This document shows, one piece after another, positions 61,621 through 64,000 of a stretch of 64,000 bases of DNA. This DNA comes from Phoronis australis. Taxonomy: Eukaryota; Animalia; Phoronida. Position 1 is the stretch's first letter, and each line of letters begins with the position of its first letter. The stretch lies in NCBI GenBank assembly GCA_002633005.1, contig NMRA01000289.1, positions 158,792-222,791 of the forward strand, in the 5' to 3' direction. The position numbers and the translations under genes are program-made. Under the pieces are notes generated by a model, which saw only the letters and a list, made by a program, of their open reading frames with translations, had not been told where the DNA came from and did not search any database.

Positions 61621-63855
61621 ATGCTTAACGGGAACGTAGGAACTGGGATCAGTCGGTGAATGCGAAAAATTGAAAAGAGATTAGGCTCGAAGCTAAGTGC
61701 TGCTAAAGCGAAGTACTGATGGCAGGAAATTTATCTTTACTGAGAACAAAGGAGACCTATGACACGTGACAATCTTCAGCCAATGGGAGCCAGGAGCTGA
61801 CTAAACTCGTGGCAGTAACACAAACGAACCAATAGTGAGGCTGGAAATGGAATGTTCTAGTGCCTCGAGTGCAGAAGGACCGCATGCGAATCTATACAAG
61901 GGATTAATGGACCAGTCAGAAAGATGAGAAAGATGGGGGTATAAGTGTGTATCTTGTTTTTCTTATTTACCAATTTGCCGCTTTGTCTCATTGTTTTGTT
62001 CAGTCTTCCATATATTTTTGTACATGTATATTTAGCCTTACTTCTAGTTCCATTCGTTACCGCCAAGACACCAGGTGAGTTCACACACGGCAGCTGATGC
62101 AGCACTTGGGTAAACGTACCCCCCCCCTCCAGGCTTGGCGCCTGGAGTTAGGGTTGGGTATCCGGCTGTCAACCTCTGTAAGTATGCGAATCTACGCAAT
62201 ACCTCCTTTTTCCTCCCTTGTTCTTTTGGTGCGTCCCTGCGGATGGGTATGAGCTGTCTTCAACATCTCTCGTGGCGCTTTTTATTGTCCATCTTTCCAG
62301 AGATTATTATTTTATCTTTATGTTATTTGTACACTCATATTTCTGTACCTCATCAGTCATAATACATGTAAATGACCTTACACTTATATCGCCTATACAC
62401 GGTCTCCTTTGTATCTCTGGAATCGGAGCTTGCGACGCACCTATTATTTTCGGGACACATTTCGAACATAAGTAACCTTTTTAAGTGAGAGCTCAAACCA
62501 GGGGTCTGACGTAAGAGCAAGCATTTTGAATAAAAAAAACACGTTTTAATCTGTTGGTAAATGTGAGAGCTACATGAGTTAAAAGGAGAAATTATGAAGC
62601 AAAATATTAAGAAATGACATTGGGCAATGTCACCACAGAGGCTCACTTTAGCCCATAACGGTATGCTCGTATAATACATCATTTTATGGAATTCAGTTCT
62701 CACTGCCTTAAAAGTAATTCCACCTGTTTCAACCCTAAAATAGATCTTAATTATAACCCGAAACGTCACCACTGCAATTGTGCCCACGATCAAAACGACT
62801 CACTGATGAAATTTATATACATCAAATAAGATTTTTGTGCTACCTTAATTCCCAAGAATTTAATCCTATTTTCCCGCCACTATTGTACTGTGTGTGAGAA
62901 TATATATTTAACAGCCATTGTTTCGCTTTCCTTTCTATTCTTTTTTCTTGCGTTTTTGAATTAGAAAACTTATTTATTTCAAATTTAGAATGTTTTTAAT
63001 GTTTTTCTTGTTTCTGTGCTTTTTAATGTTGTCATTAGAACATCTTGCAGCATATTAACTTCTTTGCATTTTATAAAATCCCTGATATAATGATCTGCCT
63101 TCTGGGTTATTTGCATTATTACATATGACTCTATTACTTGAAATAGAATTTTTTTATTTTTGAAAGAAAATACCATTGTTGGCTGAAACGTGCGCTCATG
63201 GTGACAGTGCCCCAAAGGCATTCACTAGTTTTGTTCATTCTATTTGACCACGTCAACCTTCAAAAAGACTGTGATCCCACACACCAACTTTTGCAGTTTA
63301 AAAGTACAACAAACCTTCAACCTACTGCTGTAGACAGGCATTCAAAATCATTAAATCGAAGTAAGAAAATGCTCTGCTGCGCTCGTGACCTCTCAAAGGT
63401 TTGCACCATGTTTGAAAACGCCTTTTAAACTCTGCTAAACAAGCAAGGGCGACATTTACTAGAGGTGAATGACATGCCTGTGGGGCGTTACCGCCAATTG
63501 TTCACCACAGCTACTCAACAGCCAAAGCGAGCCCCAGGACAAAACGACGCTGGACTTCCTGCTGCAACACCTTCCCTAAGCCCCCCAAAAAACTCTCGAC
63601 ATGATAAGGAAGATTTTATATGGATGGTGTTCTATCTCCAAGGGGAGAAATTCGTTGTTAAATTGCAGTTTTACCATAAACAATTAAAGTGGGTTAGTTA
63701 TATGCATAGACGTACGTTAACTACATGTTCCAAAGAAAGCGGCAAATTTCGTAATAGATAATACGCCATCACCAATGGTCAATACTTAGAATGCAAAAAC
63801 TGTGTTCAGTAAGGAAATTCGAGAGTATTACTCTGGCTGCTAAGGGTTCTGATAA

Positions 63856-63929
63856 CATGGGCGGCGCACCATTGGGCTCGGGGGGGGGGGTGCTATAGCC
63901 CCACTTTTTTCAGCACTGCGCCGCCCATG
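63856..63929. mobile_element. 74-bp mini-MITE
   Basis: 13-bp perfect TIR CATGGGCGGCGCA / TGCGCCGCCCATG. Confidence 0.6.
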
Positions 63930-64000
63930 AATAACCACAGTTTGCTGAAAGAAATAGCCGGCACTGACGAACACGAGTAAAGTTCGAATAAAGACAACAA

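Overview
This is metazoan (most likely marine invertebrate) nuclear DNA: AT-rich, with GT-AG introns, many transposons, one N gap and several single-N contig joins. I read three host genes by hand-splicing. (1) The 5' exons of RECQL4 (Sld2-like N-terminus) lie on the minus strand at 13.4-19.4 kb. (2) A Renilla-luciferase-like / haloalkane dehalogenase with an uninterrupted CDS (32347-33351) carries a perfect N-terminal PTS2 motif. (3) A plus-strand gene of about 12 exons (42930-57332) appears only as fragments in the ORF track. It encodes signal peptide - propeptide - KMKR - a helical region resembling Cry delta-endotoxin domain I - FN2 - FN2 - kringle, i.e. a candidate animal pore-forming toxin with an architecture I do not recognise; its middle junctions (48-52.5 kb) are unresolved. 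The rest is nested mobile DNA: a Gypsy element inserted in a BEL/Pao element, Helentron-type (HINE) tandem copies with an empty-site paralog in the window, Kolobok derivatives (THAP + KolX), a P-element derivative with 7-bp TSD, a 5-kb TIR element, MITEs, solo-LTR-like segments and an L2/CR1-group LINE. All family calls come from motif recognition, not database searches.
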